Assembly (NCBI GenBank): GCA_040222015.1
Contig: JAVJWO010000192.1
Location: forward strand, 33,013-97,012
Source of the DNA: Coleofasciculus chthonoplastes F2-STO-03
GTDB taxonomy: Bacteria > Cyanobacteriota > Cyanobacteriia > Cyanobacteriales > Coleofasciculaceae
DNA length: 64,000 bases
Direction of reading: 5' to 3'
Of the stretch, positions 10,798 through 21,373 are shown one piece after another (position 1 is the stretch's first letter; each line of letters starts with the position of its first letter). The notes beneath the pieces were generated by a model, which was given only the letters and a program-made list of their open reading frames with translations, did not search any database and was not told where the DNA came from. The position numbers were made by a program, and so were the translations under genes.

Positions 10798-11705
10798 TGA
10801 CTTAACTCCTTGAGAAATCCAGTTTTTACTAAATCTCTTATGCCTTCACTATACATTAAATGCCGGATTGCTCCAACATAGTGACGGCAAGGATAACTCT
10901 CAATTCCTTTTCCTAAACGAACATCATACTCCTCAGGTAATAATTCAACACCAAACTTTGAACTACATAGAGCAAAGAGGGTTTGCTCTATGCGCCAGAA
11001 ATGACCAATTATTCCCGGAAGACTTAGAAATTGCTCAATCCAGCCGAGATTCATCGATTTTTTGTGAATTAGTCCCAAGCCAGAGTTAAATCTAGGCTGT
11101 ATGGTAAATCCCATACGTTCTCTTACAACGGCTGAGTCAATGGTATAAGCGCTGGCTATATCTCTATTCACTGAGTTATATGAATAGGTAGGAGATTCTA
11201 TCCGCCTCAGCAACTCCGTCGGTTCCTGGAAAAATAATACATCGCTATCTAGCAGTAGCATGCGATCGCTCTCTAGATAAGCCACAAAGTCAAACACTTT
11301 GGGCGACAGGTGATTAGTCTGACGAAACTTCAGACAGCGTGGATAGGATTTGAGTCTTCCTAACATTGCCTCATTCGCTATTTTTCGAGCAATCAGGCGA
11401 GCATCTGGAAAGTGATACTGGAGGGTATGACACTGTTCATCTGTTAGTGTTCCATCATCATGGATGCACAGATTATAGTTCCGACCCGAGAAATGGTAAA
11501 ATGACTTTAACACCCAAATTAAGTTTAGCCAATCAGTTGAGGAAGTCAAGACATGGATTTCGCAGGTAGGGTGAGTTGTGTCCATCACTGGTGCAGAATC
11601 TAAAATTTTGCTTCTCACGGTATCCCTATAGTAGGCTGTGCGAAGACCATGCCTATATTTTTGTCTTATTTTTAGAAATGTAGAACCTAAAGATAAGTAA
11701 AACAT
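10794..11705 (-). CDS. Nucleotide-diphospho-sugar transferase-like protein
   Basis: IHDDG, LLDSDVLF, FNSG and EQT motifs. Confidence 0.65.
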   Translation of the reverse strand: MFYLSLGSTFLKIRQKYRHGLRTAYYRDTVRSKILDSAPVMDTTHPTCEIHVLTSSTDWLNLIWVLKSFYHFSGRNYNLCIHDDGTLTDEQCHTLQYHFPDARLIARKIANEAMLGRLKSYPRCLKFRQTNHLSPKVFDFVAYLESDRMLLLDSDVLFFQEPTELLRRIESPTYSYNSVNRDIASAYTIDSAVVRERMGFTIQPRFNSGLGLIHKKSMNLGWIEQFLSLPGIIGHFWRIEQTLFALCSSKFGVELLPEEYDVRLGKGIESYPCRHYVGAIRHLMYSEGIRDLVKTGFLKELSQ

Positions 11706-11721
11706 ATTGTATTATAATATC

Positions 11722-12723
11722 TTATTTTCTAAAAGTATTTTTTATTCTATTGATTTTTCCTATAAACAATTTACGCTTGCTTATTGGACTAGCTTGCATA
11801 ATTTCCTTGATTAACTTAATCATTAACTTAGAACTATTTTCTTGTTGTAGTGCATAGGTTTCTATTTTTCCTAGCACTTCATTTTTATTGTTTAAGGTAA
11901 AATTTATTTTATCTATTATTTGTTCATATTCAGTTGTTTCTAGACATAATTCTAATAAAGCAATATCAGACAATAATCTATATACTTTGTCATCGTAATT
12001 AATTGCAATAAACGGTTTCCGTAACTGCATAGCAAAAGTAATTGCATGATAGCGACATCCAACCATAATATGACTATGTAATAAAGGTATTAAAGAAAAT
12101 TCTTGAGGTACATTCGTGCAAAAATATTTTTTTAATAAATCAAAATCTCGATCCTTTCCGTAACATAAAGGAAATGGATATACATTCAAATTATTCATTT
12201 TATTTATCCATTTATCTGGTTCAAAAATTTTCCAAGGACAGGGTGTCAAATTCAATGCTATGCTTTCTGTTAAAGTTTTTTTATTGGTATGCGAATAAGA
12301 AAAATCTGCAATGGGGAAAGACCAACTAATATCTGGATAAACTTCTATTTTAGGATTATTGTCGAGCATTTTTTTGCTTGTAGTATCTCTAACAAAAAAA
12401 AACGATGAACGAGATATTAAACTACATAGATCATAATAAAGTGGCTCGTCTATATGATTAACTCCTATTCCTAAAACACCAATGTGAGCATGAATTTTTT
12501 TTATCCATTTATTAATATTTAACCATATACCAACTCTTTCAAATACCAATCCACCACCACCAATTAAGATCCAGTCAAAAGTATTTAAGTAATTTATTGG
12601 TGGAGGTAAATAGTGAGGCAAAAAGACCACTGTATTTCCCTGAAATATTCTAGTCAAACAATACTGAATTCTATCATCTCCTGCATTAAGAGAATTATAA
12701 TATCCAAATATAGCTATTTTCAC
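11722..12723 (-). CDS. Polysaccharide pyruvyl transferase family protein
   Basis: GYYNSLNAGD, IGGGG, VRD and RYHA motifs. Confidence 0.88.
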   Translation of the reverse strand: MKIAIFGYYNSLNAGDDRIQYCLTRIFQGNTVVFLPHYLPPPINYLNTFDWILIGGGGLVFERVGIWLNINKWIKKIHAHIGVLGIGVNHIDEPLYYDLCSLISRSSFFFVRDTTSKKMLDNNPKIEVYPDISWSFPIADFSYSHTNKKTLTESIALNLTPCPWKIFEPDKWINKMNNLNVYPFPLCYGKDRDFDLLKKYFCTNVPQEFSLIPLLHSHIMVGCRYHAITFAMQLRKPFIAINYDDKVYRLLSDIALLELCLETTEYEQIIDKINFTLNNKNEVLGKIETYALQQENSSKLMIKLIKEIMQASPISKRKLFIGKINRIKNTFRK

Positions 12724-12764
12724 TGTTTATAACTCCATAAAATTTCAACCATAACATCATTGTC

Positions 12765-13847
12765 TTACTTACGGCAAAACCATTTAAGCAGTCTTCTAAT
12801 AAAGCTAGGAGCAAATAAAATTTCTGGATAACTGAGAAAAATCATCAAGACTTTAGTCCATCTAACTAACGTTCTATCATGATTGGCAACGGATTTTTCA
12901 ATTTGATGCAATAAGATAGTATGATACAACCATTTCCCCTTAAGAGATAGACGTTTTGTCAAGCCTATTATCTGGTTGTTCCAAATAATAGGCTTGACAA
13001 TATGTAGTAATTCTGTTGCCACTTCTTCTTTATGAGTTGATTTTTGATGCGAGGTAAATCTGAAACAGGATAATTCTTCCTTTATAGTTCCGACAATACC
13101 ACCACCATTCAAAATCCTACACCAATAATCGTAATCCATCGCATAAAATAGCTCTTCTCTAAATAATCCCACTTTATCTGTGATTCGCTTTGTCCAAAAG
13201 ACTTCTGGTTGAACAAACTGTCGCTGTTTCCACCAAACGTCCCACAGATCTATAATTTCATCAAATCGAGTTATATTGCCAAACTGCTCACCAATCTTAT
13301 CCCCCTGTTCATTGACATATCGGCAGCGCCCGTGTATTAAATCAGTCTGTGGAAATTGACACCAGTGTTCAGCTACCTTCCAAAGCGTACCTGGCAAGTA
13401 GTAATCATCGCTGTTGAGATAAGCCAGAATCTCACCAGTAGCCCGTTCCAATCCTTTATTAATCCCATGAGCTTGTCCTCGATCCGGTTCGCTAACCCAG
13501 TAGGTAATCCACTTATCATACTTCTTGATAATCTCCACTGAATTATCCGTACTGCCACCATCAATAATAATATATTCTAGATTAGGATAACATTGAAGTA
13601 AGACTGATCGGATAGTCTCTTCTATAAATTGCCCTTGGTTATAACTAGGGGTAATAATACTTATGCTTGGCAATTCCGAGCCATCAGACATGCGTTGTGG
13701 AAGTCCTTCTGTCTGCTCTGTCCAGGGCCATCTATTCTTATCATACGGGGAAGGAGGTAAGTCCTCTTGGGATATGACGTTATTTAAGTTTCGCATGTTC
13801 CAATATTGAGCATTTACTAGTAAATAACTATATTTGGTAAAAGTCAA
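12765..13847 (-). CDS. GT2 family glycosyltransferase (true start may be downstream, at MRNLN)
   Basis: ISIITPSYNQG, DGGSTD and LNSDD motifs. Confidence 0.9.
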   Translation of the reverse strand: MTFTKYSYLLVNAQYWNMRNLNNVISQEDLPPSPYDKNRWPWTEQTEGLPQRMSDGSELPSISIITPSYNQGQFIEETIRSVLLQCYPNLEYIIIDGGSTDNSVEIIKKYDKWITYWVSEPDRGQAHGINKGLERATGEILAYLNSDDYYLPGTLWKVAEHWCQFPQTDLIHGRCRYVNEQGDKIGEQFGNITRFDEIIDLWDVWWKQRQFVQPEVFWTKRITDKVGLFREELFYAMDYDYWCRILNGGGIVGTIKEELSCFRFTSHQKSTHKEEVATELLHIVKPIIWNNQIIGLTKRLSLKGKWLYHTILLHQIEKSVANHDRTLVRWTKVLMIFLSYPEILFAPSFIRRLLKWFCRK

Positions 13848-14727
13848 ATTCTTCTACTTTCCAATAACTTTCTGGTAAATCCACCTTTTCTCTGACTATT
13901 CTCTTGCCTTTATAGTTATAAATTTTCCTAATTTTACTCCTAATTTTGGGAATATGATTAAGCCTAAATAATGAACATAGTCTTCGATTAACTTGAGGTG
14001 ACCATAAAAAAAAATCTCGGAGTTGATTTAGAGAGTGTTCTGCTTCATAAATATAATCTTCTACTTGACGACTCCTTTGATTGGCTTGAATACGAAATCC
14101 TCCTAATGGAGAATTTGTAGCATACAATTCTGCATGTAAATAGAATCTTGCCCACAGATCAAAGTCACCAGCTAGTCTATAGTTAGTCCGAATATGGCTA
14201 TCAACTTTTTGCCATAACCTTCTCCTCCAAAAGGTTGATTCTTGTTGTATCCAACCCAAGTTATTCTTGTTCTGAGGTATATAACAGCCATAAAGAAAGG
14301 CTTCCCTGGAATACCCTGGCATTTTGTGAAAAGCTTTACAGAAACCATGCCAATCCCAAAGACCTGGAGTAAGAGTAGTTAGCCACTCAACTTCGGGAAG
14401 TTCTTCAAATATACTCGATACAGTTTTTAATGTCCAAGGATAATACAAATCATCACTGTTTAACCATGCCATAATCTCACCAGTAGAATGAGCAAATCCT
14501 TTGTTAATCGCATCATATTGACCTTGATCAGGCTCACTGCACCAGAAGTGAAGATGGTCTTCGTACTTTCTTATGATTTCTAAGCTGCCGTCAGTCGAGC
14601 CACCATCAATAATAATGTACTCAAGATTAGGATGACTTTGAGATAATACACTCTGAATAGTTGCTTCAAGAAACTGATATTGATTAAAGGAAGGAGTCAC
14701 TATAGAAAACTTAGGAAATTTAACCAC
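13828..14727 (-). CDS. GT2 family glycosyltransferase
   Basis: FSIVTPSFNQ, DGGSTD and WLNSDD motifs. Confidence 0.9.
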   Translation of the reverse strand: MVKFPKFSIVTPSFNQYQFLEATIQSVLSQSHPNLEYIIIDGGSTDGSLEIIRKYEDHLHFWCSEPDQGQYDAINKGFAHSTGEIMAWLNSDDLYYPWTLKTVSSIFEELPEVEWLTTLTPGLWDWHGFCKAFHKMPGYSREAFLYGCYIPQNKNNLGWIQQESTFWRRRLWQKVDSHIRTNYRLAGDFDLWARFYLHAELYATNSPLGGFRIQANQRSRQVEDYIYEAEHSLNQLRDFFLWSPQVNRRLCSLFRLNHIPKIRSKIRKIYNYKGKRIVREKVDLPESYWKVEEFDFYQI

Positions 14728-14781
14728 TTTTTTATGTAAAACAATTTATAAATTTTAAGGCTTTATCCCAAAGCCAAATAA

Positions 14782-15393
14782 TCACTTAACTGCTTCCAAG
14801 TTTAAACTAACTGGATATAGCTCGCCATTAATGTTTTTTTCATAAGTAGAAAAATCATCAAAAGTCGTGTATTCACAAGACCCTGGTTGCCATTCTCTAA
14901 CAGTTTCAAACCCTGTTTTCAATAAAAGAGCCTCTAAATTTGATTTATTAAATGCTGTATAATGGAAATTATATTTATGATTTTGACCTCCCATTAGTTG
15001 CTCAATAATAGTATTAATATTATTTCCATTTTTTTTATATATATCCAGTAACAGGTCAAAATCGGGAACAGATAAACGTAGAATTCCACTTTTTTTCAAT
15101 ACCCTGAACCACTCTACTAATACAGAAGAAACACAATTATATTTGAAATGTTCTAAGCAATGAGACGCATATATTAAATCTACACTATTATCGTCAAAAA
15201 TAGACAAATTTTCTATGGGTCTGATGTAGTGAACATGAGCATCGGGTAAACCATCAATATTAATAAATTTTGGGTGATTTATAGAACCACACCCTAAATG
15301 TAAATTGATAATTTTCTCCTCTAAATCTGGTAAAGGAGGGCGAATAAAAAATCTCTTTATTTTTGCACCAATGGTTTTGATTTTCTGTTTCAT
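14782..15393 (-). CDS. Class I SAM-dependent methyltransferase
   Basis: LHLGCG, SHCLEH and RVLKKSG motifs. Confidence 0.85.
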   Translation of the reverse strand: MKQKIKTIGAKIKRFFIRPPLPDLEEKIINLHLGCGSINHPKFINIDGLPDAHVHYIRPIENLSIFDDNSVDLIYASHCLEHFKYNCVSSVLVEWFRVLKKSGILRLSVPDFDLLLDIYKKNGNNINTIIEQLMGGQNHKYNFHYTAFNKSNLEALLLKTGFETVREWQPGSCEYTTFDDFSTYEKNINGELYPVSLNLEAVK

Positions 15394-15446
15394 GTCAACT
15401 CAATTAATAACAAATTGTAACTGGAGAATAATCTTAATAAAGAATA

Positions 15447-16166
15447 TCATAAACTGTATCCCAATTTATGCATAGCATCTCCATGATATTTCCAGAACAA
15501 ATTTTCTAATGGTGGACTCATCTCTTGTTGCCAAGAATTTATCTTTCCTTTCCTAAAAAAATTAGGACTCTTAGTATGAAGTTCTTCAAATGATGGAATC
15601 GAATTATTTTGGGGTGATATATTTCTAGGAAGCTTTAGTGTGGTTACTGCTTTAGTAATTTGTTCAAAGGGATTGTTTAATAAATCTTCAAATTTAACTA
15701 AAAATGTGAGATCTTCTCGATGCATCCATTGGTTTACATTTTGACTCCAGCTTCCATAATCCTGTTCGGGGAAAATGATTAATTTTTTCAAGATTTCATT
15801 ATACTCATTCCACCCCAATAGTCTTTTGATTTTTACACGCCAACTATCTTGTCTTAAATTATGCCTAAATGACAAGATAAAATGGGCATAGGAAACTAGA
15901 GAGTCTCGTCCATCTCTAACTATATAAATAGCTGGATAATTATCAGATGGTAGATGATGAGTTTTTACAAAAAATATCTGTTCTGAAGCTTTCATTTCTG
16001 GGAACCTTAGATGTATATTATTATGTCCCACTATATCCGATACATCCAACTTATTCAATAAGGGATCATTATATATTGAATAGGTTTTAATTCCATATAT
16101 CTGCTTAAGCAAAATACGAAAAAATGTGTTTCCCGATCTTGGATATGAAGCCAGCCAAACAATCAT
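15447..16166 (-). CDS. Sulfotransferase
   Basis: PAPS-binding motifs SYPRSGNT and RDGRDSLVS, plus FFRKGK. Confidence 0.9.
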   Translation of the reverse strand: MIVWLASYPRSGNTFFRILLKQIYGIKTYSIYNDPLLNKLDVSDIVGHNNIHLRFPEMKASEQIFFVKTHHLPSDNYPAIYIVRDGRDSLVSYAHFILSFRHNLRQDSWRVKIKRLLGWNEYNEILKKLIIFPEQDYGSWSQNVNQWMHREDLTFLVKFEDLLNNPFEQITKAVTTLKLPRNISPQNNSIPSFEELHTKSPNFFRKGKINSWQQEMSPPLENLFWKYHGDAMHKLGYSL

Positions 16167-16195
16167 TATTTTATGACCATTACCAATAATTTAAA

Positions 16196-17482
16196 CTAAG
16201 CTTTTAATTCTTCTGTTCTATATGTTAAAGGCAAAGGAACTAATCCGTATAGATGATATTCAAAATATTTACCTGTACCAAACAGTTCACAAGCTGGAAT
16301 TGTTACTACTAAAATATCTTCTAATTTTAACAAATATTCTACTTTAGGTTTCGACAACCAAAGAGTAATTGTATAATCTCCACCTCCCAGATATTTTTGA
16401 ATATTGCTACATTCAAAAATGCATTTAGTTGTCTCTTCTAATTCATCAATAACATAATTTGTAAAATAAGGAGGCATTATCGTTGCCGAAATTCCGCTTA
16501 GACTGGATAGGCTTAAACCTACACCAACTTTTTGATAGTATCGTTTAGGTATCACATCAAACTCTATTTTTAGATCCCAACCCTTTTCCCAATAGTTAGG
16601 ATTTAAATAATATTTAATATTCGCAATTCCTATTTTATGTTTTTGGCTAAATTTAAATAAATTTCCATGATTTTGATTTTGTAATTCCCTGTTTTCTTTT
16701 ATAGTTTTTTGATAGTAGGCTGCTACTTCCTTGGCTAAACCTATTTCTTTTATTTTTCCGCCCTCTAAGAATATTCCCTTTAAACATAAAGATTCCAATG
16801 CTGCCATATTATGACTCACAAATAACACAGTCCGACCTTCTTGTCCCACATCCTCCATCTTACCCAAACACTTCTTCTGAAACTGAGCATCTCCTACCGC
16901 CAGCACTTCATCTACAATCAAAATCTCCGGTTCCAAATGCGCCGCTACCGCAAACGCCAACCGCACGTACATACCCGATGAATATCGCTTAACTGGTGTA
17001 TCTAAGAACTTTTCTACCTCCGCAAATGCTACAATTTCATCAAATTTATGCTTAATCTCCGCCTTGCTCATACCCAGAATCGCGCCATTGAGATAAATAT
17101 TTTCCCGTCCTGTCAATTCTGCATGAAACCCTGTTCCCACTTCCAATAAACTTGCTACCCGCCCTTTAATCCGAATCCTCCCCGTTGTTGGTTCTGTAAT
17201 CCGACTTAAAATCTTTAACAGTGTCGATTTTCCCGCGCCGTTACGCCCAATAATCCCAATCCTATCACCCTGCTTCACCTCAAATGATACATCCTTCAGC
17301 GCCCAAAACTCCTCATACGCCGGGTTAGCACTCTGTTTTCCCCACGGTTTCAGCAACCGTTGTCCAAGAGACTTCGCCCCATTAGCCATCACATCTCGCA
17401 GCGCCGTGTAACGTTCCTGCTGCTGGTGACCAATAATATATTTCTTACTGAGATTCTCGACCTGAATCACCGTGTCAGACAT
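16196..17482 (-). CDS. wzt: Polysaccharide ABC transporter ATP-binding protein with C-terminal carbohydrate-binding domain
   Basis: GRNGAGKST, YSSGM and DEVLAVGD motifs. Confidence 0.93.
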   Translation of the reverse strand: MSDTVIQVENLSKKYIIGHQQQERYTALRDVMANGAKSLGQRLLKPWGKQSANPAYEEFWALKDVSFEVKQGDRIGIIGRNGAGKSTLLKILSRITEPTTGRIRIKGRVASLLEVGTGFHAELTGRENIYLNGAILGMSKAEIKHKFDEIVAFAEVEKFLDTPVKRYSSGMYVRLAFAVAAHLEPEILIVDEVLAVGDAQFQKKCLGKMEDVGQEGRTVLFVSHNMAALESLCLKGIFLEGGKIKEIGLAKEVAAYYQKTIKENRELQNQNHGNLFKFSQKHKIGIANIKYYLNPNYWEKGWDLKIEFDVIPKRYYQKVGVGLSLSSLSGISATIMPPYFTNYVIDELEETTKCIFECSNIQKYLGGGDYTITLWLSKPKVEYLLKLEDILVVTIPACELFGTGKYFEYHLYGLVPLPLTYRTEELKA

Positions 17483-17518
17483 TATCCATTACCTAGTTCG
17501 CTTATCTACTGAAAATAT

Positions 17519-18340
17519 CTAGATTACATCTGCAAATGTACGTTCTACCTTACGAAAATACCACACCCCACTCGCCAATACTCCAAAAACCAATCCCAAT
17601 GAGAGGAGAAATCCTGGCATGTAAATTCTGGCTTCCCCACCTAAAATTGCCCAACGAAACCCATCGATTACCCCAACCATCGGGTTGAGTGAATAAACTA
17701 ATCGCCACTCTTGAGGCACAATTGTACTACTAAATCCCACGGGCGAAATATACAAACCAAACTGGACAATGAACGGGACAATATAGCGAAAATCCCGATA
17801 CTTCACATTCAGCGCCGCTAACCATAACCCAGCCCCCATTGATGCCGCAAACGCAATTATAATAAAAAATGGTAGTGTCAAAATTCGCCAACTGGGTAGG
17901 AAATCGTACCACGCCATTAAGCCTATCAAAATTATCCCCGATATCATAAAATCGACAAAGCTGACAATCACGGCACTGGCTGGCACAATCAAACGGGGAA
18001 AGTAGACCTTGGCAATTAGATTAGCATTACTAATCAAACTATTGCTGCACCCGGAAAGGGCATTGGAAAAAAACTGCCATGGTAACATCGCTGCAAACAC
18101 CAAAATCGGATAGGGAACTCCTTCAGACGGTAACTTGGCTAGTTTACCAAAAACTATCGTAAATACCACCATCGTTAAAAAGGGTCGAATTAATGCCCAG
18201 GCTATGCCAATGATGGTTTGCTTGTATCGTACTAGGATATCTCGCCATGCCAGAAAGTAGAACAGTTCCCGGTAACGCCACAAGTCTTTCCAATATTGTT
18301 GTTCGGTGTGACCTGCCTCAATTATCAGTTCTTGCGTCAT
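17519..18340 (-). CDS. wzm: Polysaccharide ABC transporter permease
   Basis: RDILVRYKQT, KVYFPR, six hydrophobic segments and the C-terminus FADVI. Confidence 0.93.
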   Translation of the reverse strand: MTQELIIEAGHTEQQYWKDLWRYRELFYFLAWRDILVRYKQTIIGIAWALIRPFLTMVVFTIVFGKLAKLPSEGVPYPILVFAAMLPWQFFSNALSGCSNSLISNANLIAKVYFPRLIVPASAVIVSFVDFMISGIILIGLMAWYDFLPSWRILTLPFFIIIAFAASMGAGLWLAALNVKYRDFRYIVPFIVQFGLYISPVGFSSTIVPQEWRLVYSLNPMVGVIDGFRWAILGGEARIYMPGFLLSLGLVFGVLASGVWYFRKVERTFADVI

Positions 18341-18638
18341 TGGTCATTTGTTATTTGTCCTTGGGTAGCTTTGCTTCAATCCTTTGATTTTAATGATATT
18401 TTTTACAAATGCCAATAACCTTAAAGTCCAATTGGAGTGGGCATTGACGGATTTTATGAGCGCACCTTGATCCTTGATGTCAACTTAAGTTGAGTCCAGG
18501 GCGACCCGAGCAAATTGAGTGGACACAGTTTTTGATTTGTGCAAGCGGGTCGCCCCTACAGGAGAATCAAGGGTGATAGGCTGCCCTTTGTCGTCAACGC
18601 CCCGACAACCCCAGATTATCCAGATTTTACAGATATCC

Positions 18639-18842
18639 TCAGTCCAGCTTCAACGCATTGACTGGCACTTCTTCCCAGGAACTGACGGTTCTCAGACGCG
18701 CCACCCAACCTGCTGATTTTTGCTCTTCTGTCAAGTTTTGCTGGAAGGATTCGTGGCAGTCTTTGGCTTGCGCCTCGTCATGACAAGCGATGCACGAATA
18801 AATCAGACCTCCGGGATCAACCTGTTCATTTACCCAAATCAT
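18639..18842 (-). CDS. Small conserved cyanobacterial hypothetical protein (67 aa)
   Basis: MIWVNEQVDPGGLIYSCIAC...VPVNALKLD, with GAGGAG upstream of the ATG at 18842. Confidence 0.75.
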   Translation of the reverse strand: MIWVNEQVDPGGLIYSCIACHDEAQAKDCHESFQQNLTEEQKSAGWVARLRTVSSWEEVPVNALKLD

Positions 18843-19090
18843 TGTATTCTCCTCATTCCTGAAACAGTTAATCAAAATCTTAAGTACCATGGCACTGACT
18901 GGCAGGCTGGTGGGCAATGCCCACCCTACGGTATATCCAGGGTTTGGGCAATCCTAAACTGGTTTATTTTAGTGCCATTTATCTTAAGTCGATCTACTTA
19001 TTTTGTAAAAGACTGGGATCACTGATAGCAAGAGGAAAAACACAGTTTTTGATATTTCATCAGCCTTTGCTACATACGTTGTAAACAAAA

Positions 19091-19588
19091 TTAAAGCTTT
19101 TTAAAGGTTTGTGTTGCTAGTTGGGGAAGTGCATCACCTGTAACTCGGCAAATGCGCCAGTCGGGTAGCACTGTAGCACCTAGACGCCGATAAAACGCGA
19201 TCGCAGGTTCATTCCAGTCTAGTACTGACCACTCTAACCGCCCACAATCCCGTTCTACCGCTAGTTGGGCAACATAGGTTAGCAACGCCTTCCCGATACC
19301 CTGACGCCGAAATTCCGGGCGCACGAATAAATCTTCGATGTAAATGCCCGGTTTGGTTAAAAAGGTGGAATAGTTAGAGAAAAACAGGGCAAAGCCTACC
19401 GTTTGCCCCTCAGACTCTGCCAGAATTGCCTCAATATAAGGTTTAGCCCCAAACAGGTGGTCTTGGAGAGCGTCCACCGTCCCTGTGACTAGGTGAGACA
19501 GCTTCTCATACTCAGCCAGTGCTTGAATGAGTTCAAACAGCACTGGCACATCTGTTGGGGTAGCTGGTCGTATCTTCAACTGCTTCAT
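19091..19588 (-). CDS. GNAT N-acetyltransferase (spermidine/diamine acetyltransferase-like)
   Basis: EDLFVRPEFRRQGIG and VLDWNEPAIAFY motifs. Confidence 0.9.
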   Translation of the reverse strand: MKQLKIRPATPTDVPVLFELIQALAEYEKLSHLVTGTVDALQDHLFGAKPYIEAILAESEGQTVGFALFFSNYSTFLTKPGIYIEDLFVRPEFRRQGIGKALLTYVAQLAVERDCGRLEWSVLDWNEPAIAFYRRLGATVLPDWRICRVTGDALPQLATQTFKKL

Positions 19589-19646
19589 GGTTGGTAGTTG
19601 GCACGAAGCGTGCCATCAGCGCTAAAGCGCTTACTACAAACCAATC

Positions 19647-20771
19647 CTAACTTAACCACCCTTTTAGGCGGCGAGCAACTTGAGGGCGGCGCAGCTTCCG
19701 CATGGCTTTACTCTGAATCTGACGTACCCGTTCGCGGGAAAGGTTGAACATGCGGCCCACTTCTTCTAAGGTGTAGGCTTCAGGCGTCGCCAGCCCATAG
19801 CGTAGAGAAATGACATCCTTTTCCCTTTCGGTGAGAACATCACTCAAGACATCGGAAATCTCTTGACGCATCATGGATTCGCTCATTTGCTGTTCGGGCA
19901 AGTGCAAATCGTTGTCTTCCAGTAAATCTACGAGTTCTGTATCTTCGCCTTTACCCACCCGATGGTTGAGAGAGAGCGATCGCCGACGTAATTGTAACAA
20001 CTGACGCAAGCTAGTGCAGCTAATGTCTAAGGCTTCTGCGAGTTCGGTTTCATCGGGAGTCCGTTGCAGTTTCTGCTTGAGTTCCCGTTGCACTTTTTTC
20101 AGCTTATTCAGCTTTTCGACAATGTGAATCGGTAAGCGAATGGTACGGGCGTCGTTGGCAATGGTACGGGTAATCGCCTGACGAATCCACCAATACGCAT
20201 AGGTGGAGAATTTGTAACCTTTGGCGGGATCGAACTTCTCCGCCGCCCGATTGAGTCCTAATGCGCCTTCTTGAATTAAATCTAGGAAAGGAACTCCCCG
20301 GTTAAGATAACGCTTGGCGATGGAAACGACTAAGCGTAAGTTGGAACGAATCATTTTACGCTTAGATATTTGTCCTCGGTAGAGGCGATTTTCAAATTGA
20401 CGTTCGGTCAGATCTAAAGCTTGAGCCAGTTCAGCGTTCGTTGGTTTGCGTCCCAACTCCTGGTGTAAGCGTTCAGTCATCTCGCCCATTTCTACCAGGA
20501 ATTGAACCTGAGTGGCTAACTCAATCTCTTCTTCTGGCTTCAGCAAGGGGTAACGCGCCATCTCCTTGAAGAAGGCTCCTACTGTATCATCAGAGCTAGT
20601 TTTATGGTAGCCAGATTGTCGGGTTTTTCCGGCACGAGTCTCTGTTTTGGAAAATTCGACTTCGACCTGATTTTGGTCATTATCTGAGATTTGCTCACTC
20701 TGAGGGTGAGAAAAATCCGTATCTTCTGTAAACTGACGAGTAGCAGTTGGGTTCAATTGTGCGATAGTCAT
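19647..20771 (-). CDS. sigE: Group 2 RNA polymerase sigma-70 factor (SigE-like)
   Basis: NLRLVVSIAK, DLIQEG, KFSTYAYWWIRQ and RERVRQI motifs. VGAFFKEMARYPLL recalls cyanobacterial SigE. The start at MTIAQ is inferred. Confidence 0.8.
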   Translation of the reverse strand: MTIAQLNPTATRQFTEDTDFSHPQSEQISDNDQNQVEVEFSKTETRAGKTRQSGYHKTSSDDTVGAFFKEMARYPLLKPEEEIELATQVQFLVEMGEMTERLHQELGRKPTNAELAQALDLTERQFENRLYRGQISKRKMIRSNLRLVVSIAKRYLNRGVPFLDLIQEGALGLNRAAEKFDPAKGYKFSTYAYWWIRQAITRTIANDARTIRLPIHIVEKLNKLKKVQRELKQKLQRTPDETELAEALDISCTSLRQLLQLRRRSLSLNHRVGKGEDTELVDLLEDNDLHLPEQQMSESMMRQEISDVLSDVLTEREKDVISLRYGLATPEAYTLEEVGRMFNLSRERVRQIQSKAMRKLRRPQVARRLKGWLS

Positions 20772-21293
20772 AGTTAGGTTTGAAGTAGGAGTGTTATGAA
20801 AGCAAGTGATCGGGTTTTTAGGCAATCCGTCAGTTAGACAGATTGAAATAGAGAGATAGAGCAGATGGACTGAATATAAATGGGTACTGTCAATGAAAAT
20901 TTTTCAACACTGGCTGTAGCTACGGGCTGTACAGCTCAACAAACATCAGAGATGATTGGAAAGAGAGTTGCCATTCAAGGCGCACCCCCATCTCTATATC
21001 TTCTCTATGTTTAGGATTAGAAAATACTGATTCTAAGGCTACCAGAAGCAATTTGGCTAGTTGTTGCCCTGATTACAAAATATTGAACAGCATAGATGTA
21101 TGGATTATAGCGGCAAAGTCAATGGGCTATATACAGAATCTCATACAGGTGGCTGTTTTCCTCTCTACCGATCGGGTGAAAATAAGCAATAAGCAGAGGG
21201 AGCTGGGGGAGCAGAGGGAGATTGAATTGATCATATTGTTATATTTTGATACTTTGCCCTAATGTCACTAACCCGCCCGGTCTCAATTATGTA

Positions 21294-21349
21294 TTCCCTG
21301 TTCCCTGTTCCCTGTTCCCTGTTCCCTGTTCCCTGTTCCCTGTTCCCTG
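21294..21349. repeat. Short tandem repeat (TTCCCTG)n, about 8 units
   Basis: Seen directly. The same unit occurs on the opposite strand at about 34437-34462. Confidence 0.95.
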
Positions 21350-21373
21350 AAAAATGACCAATCAAATTAGGAG

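Noticed and set aside
20913..20935. NtcA site upstream of the sigma factor gene
   Set aside because: The palindrome has GTA-N11-TAC spacing, not the GTA-N8-TAC consensus.
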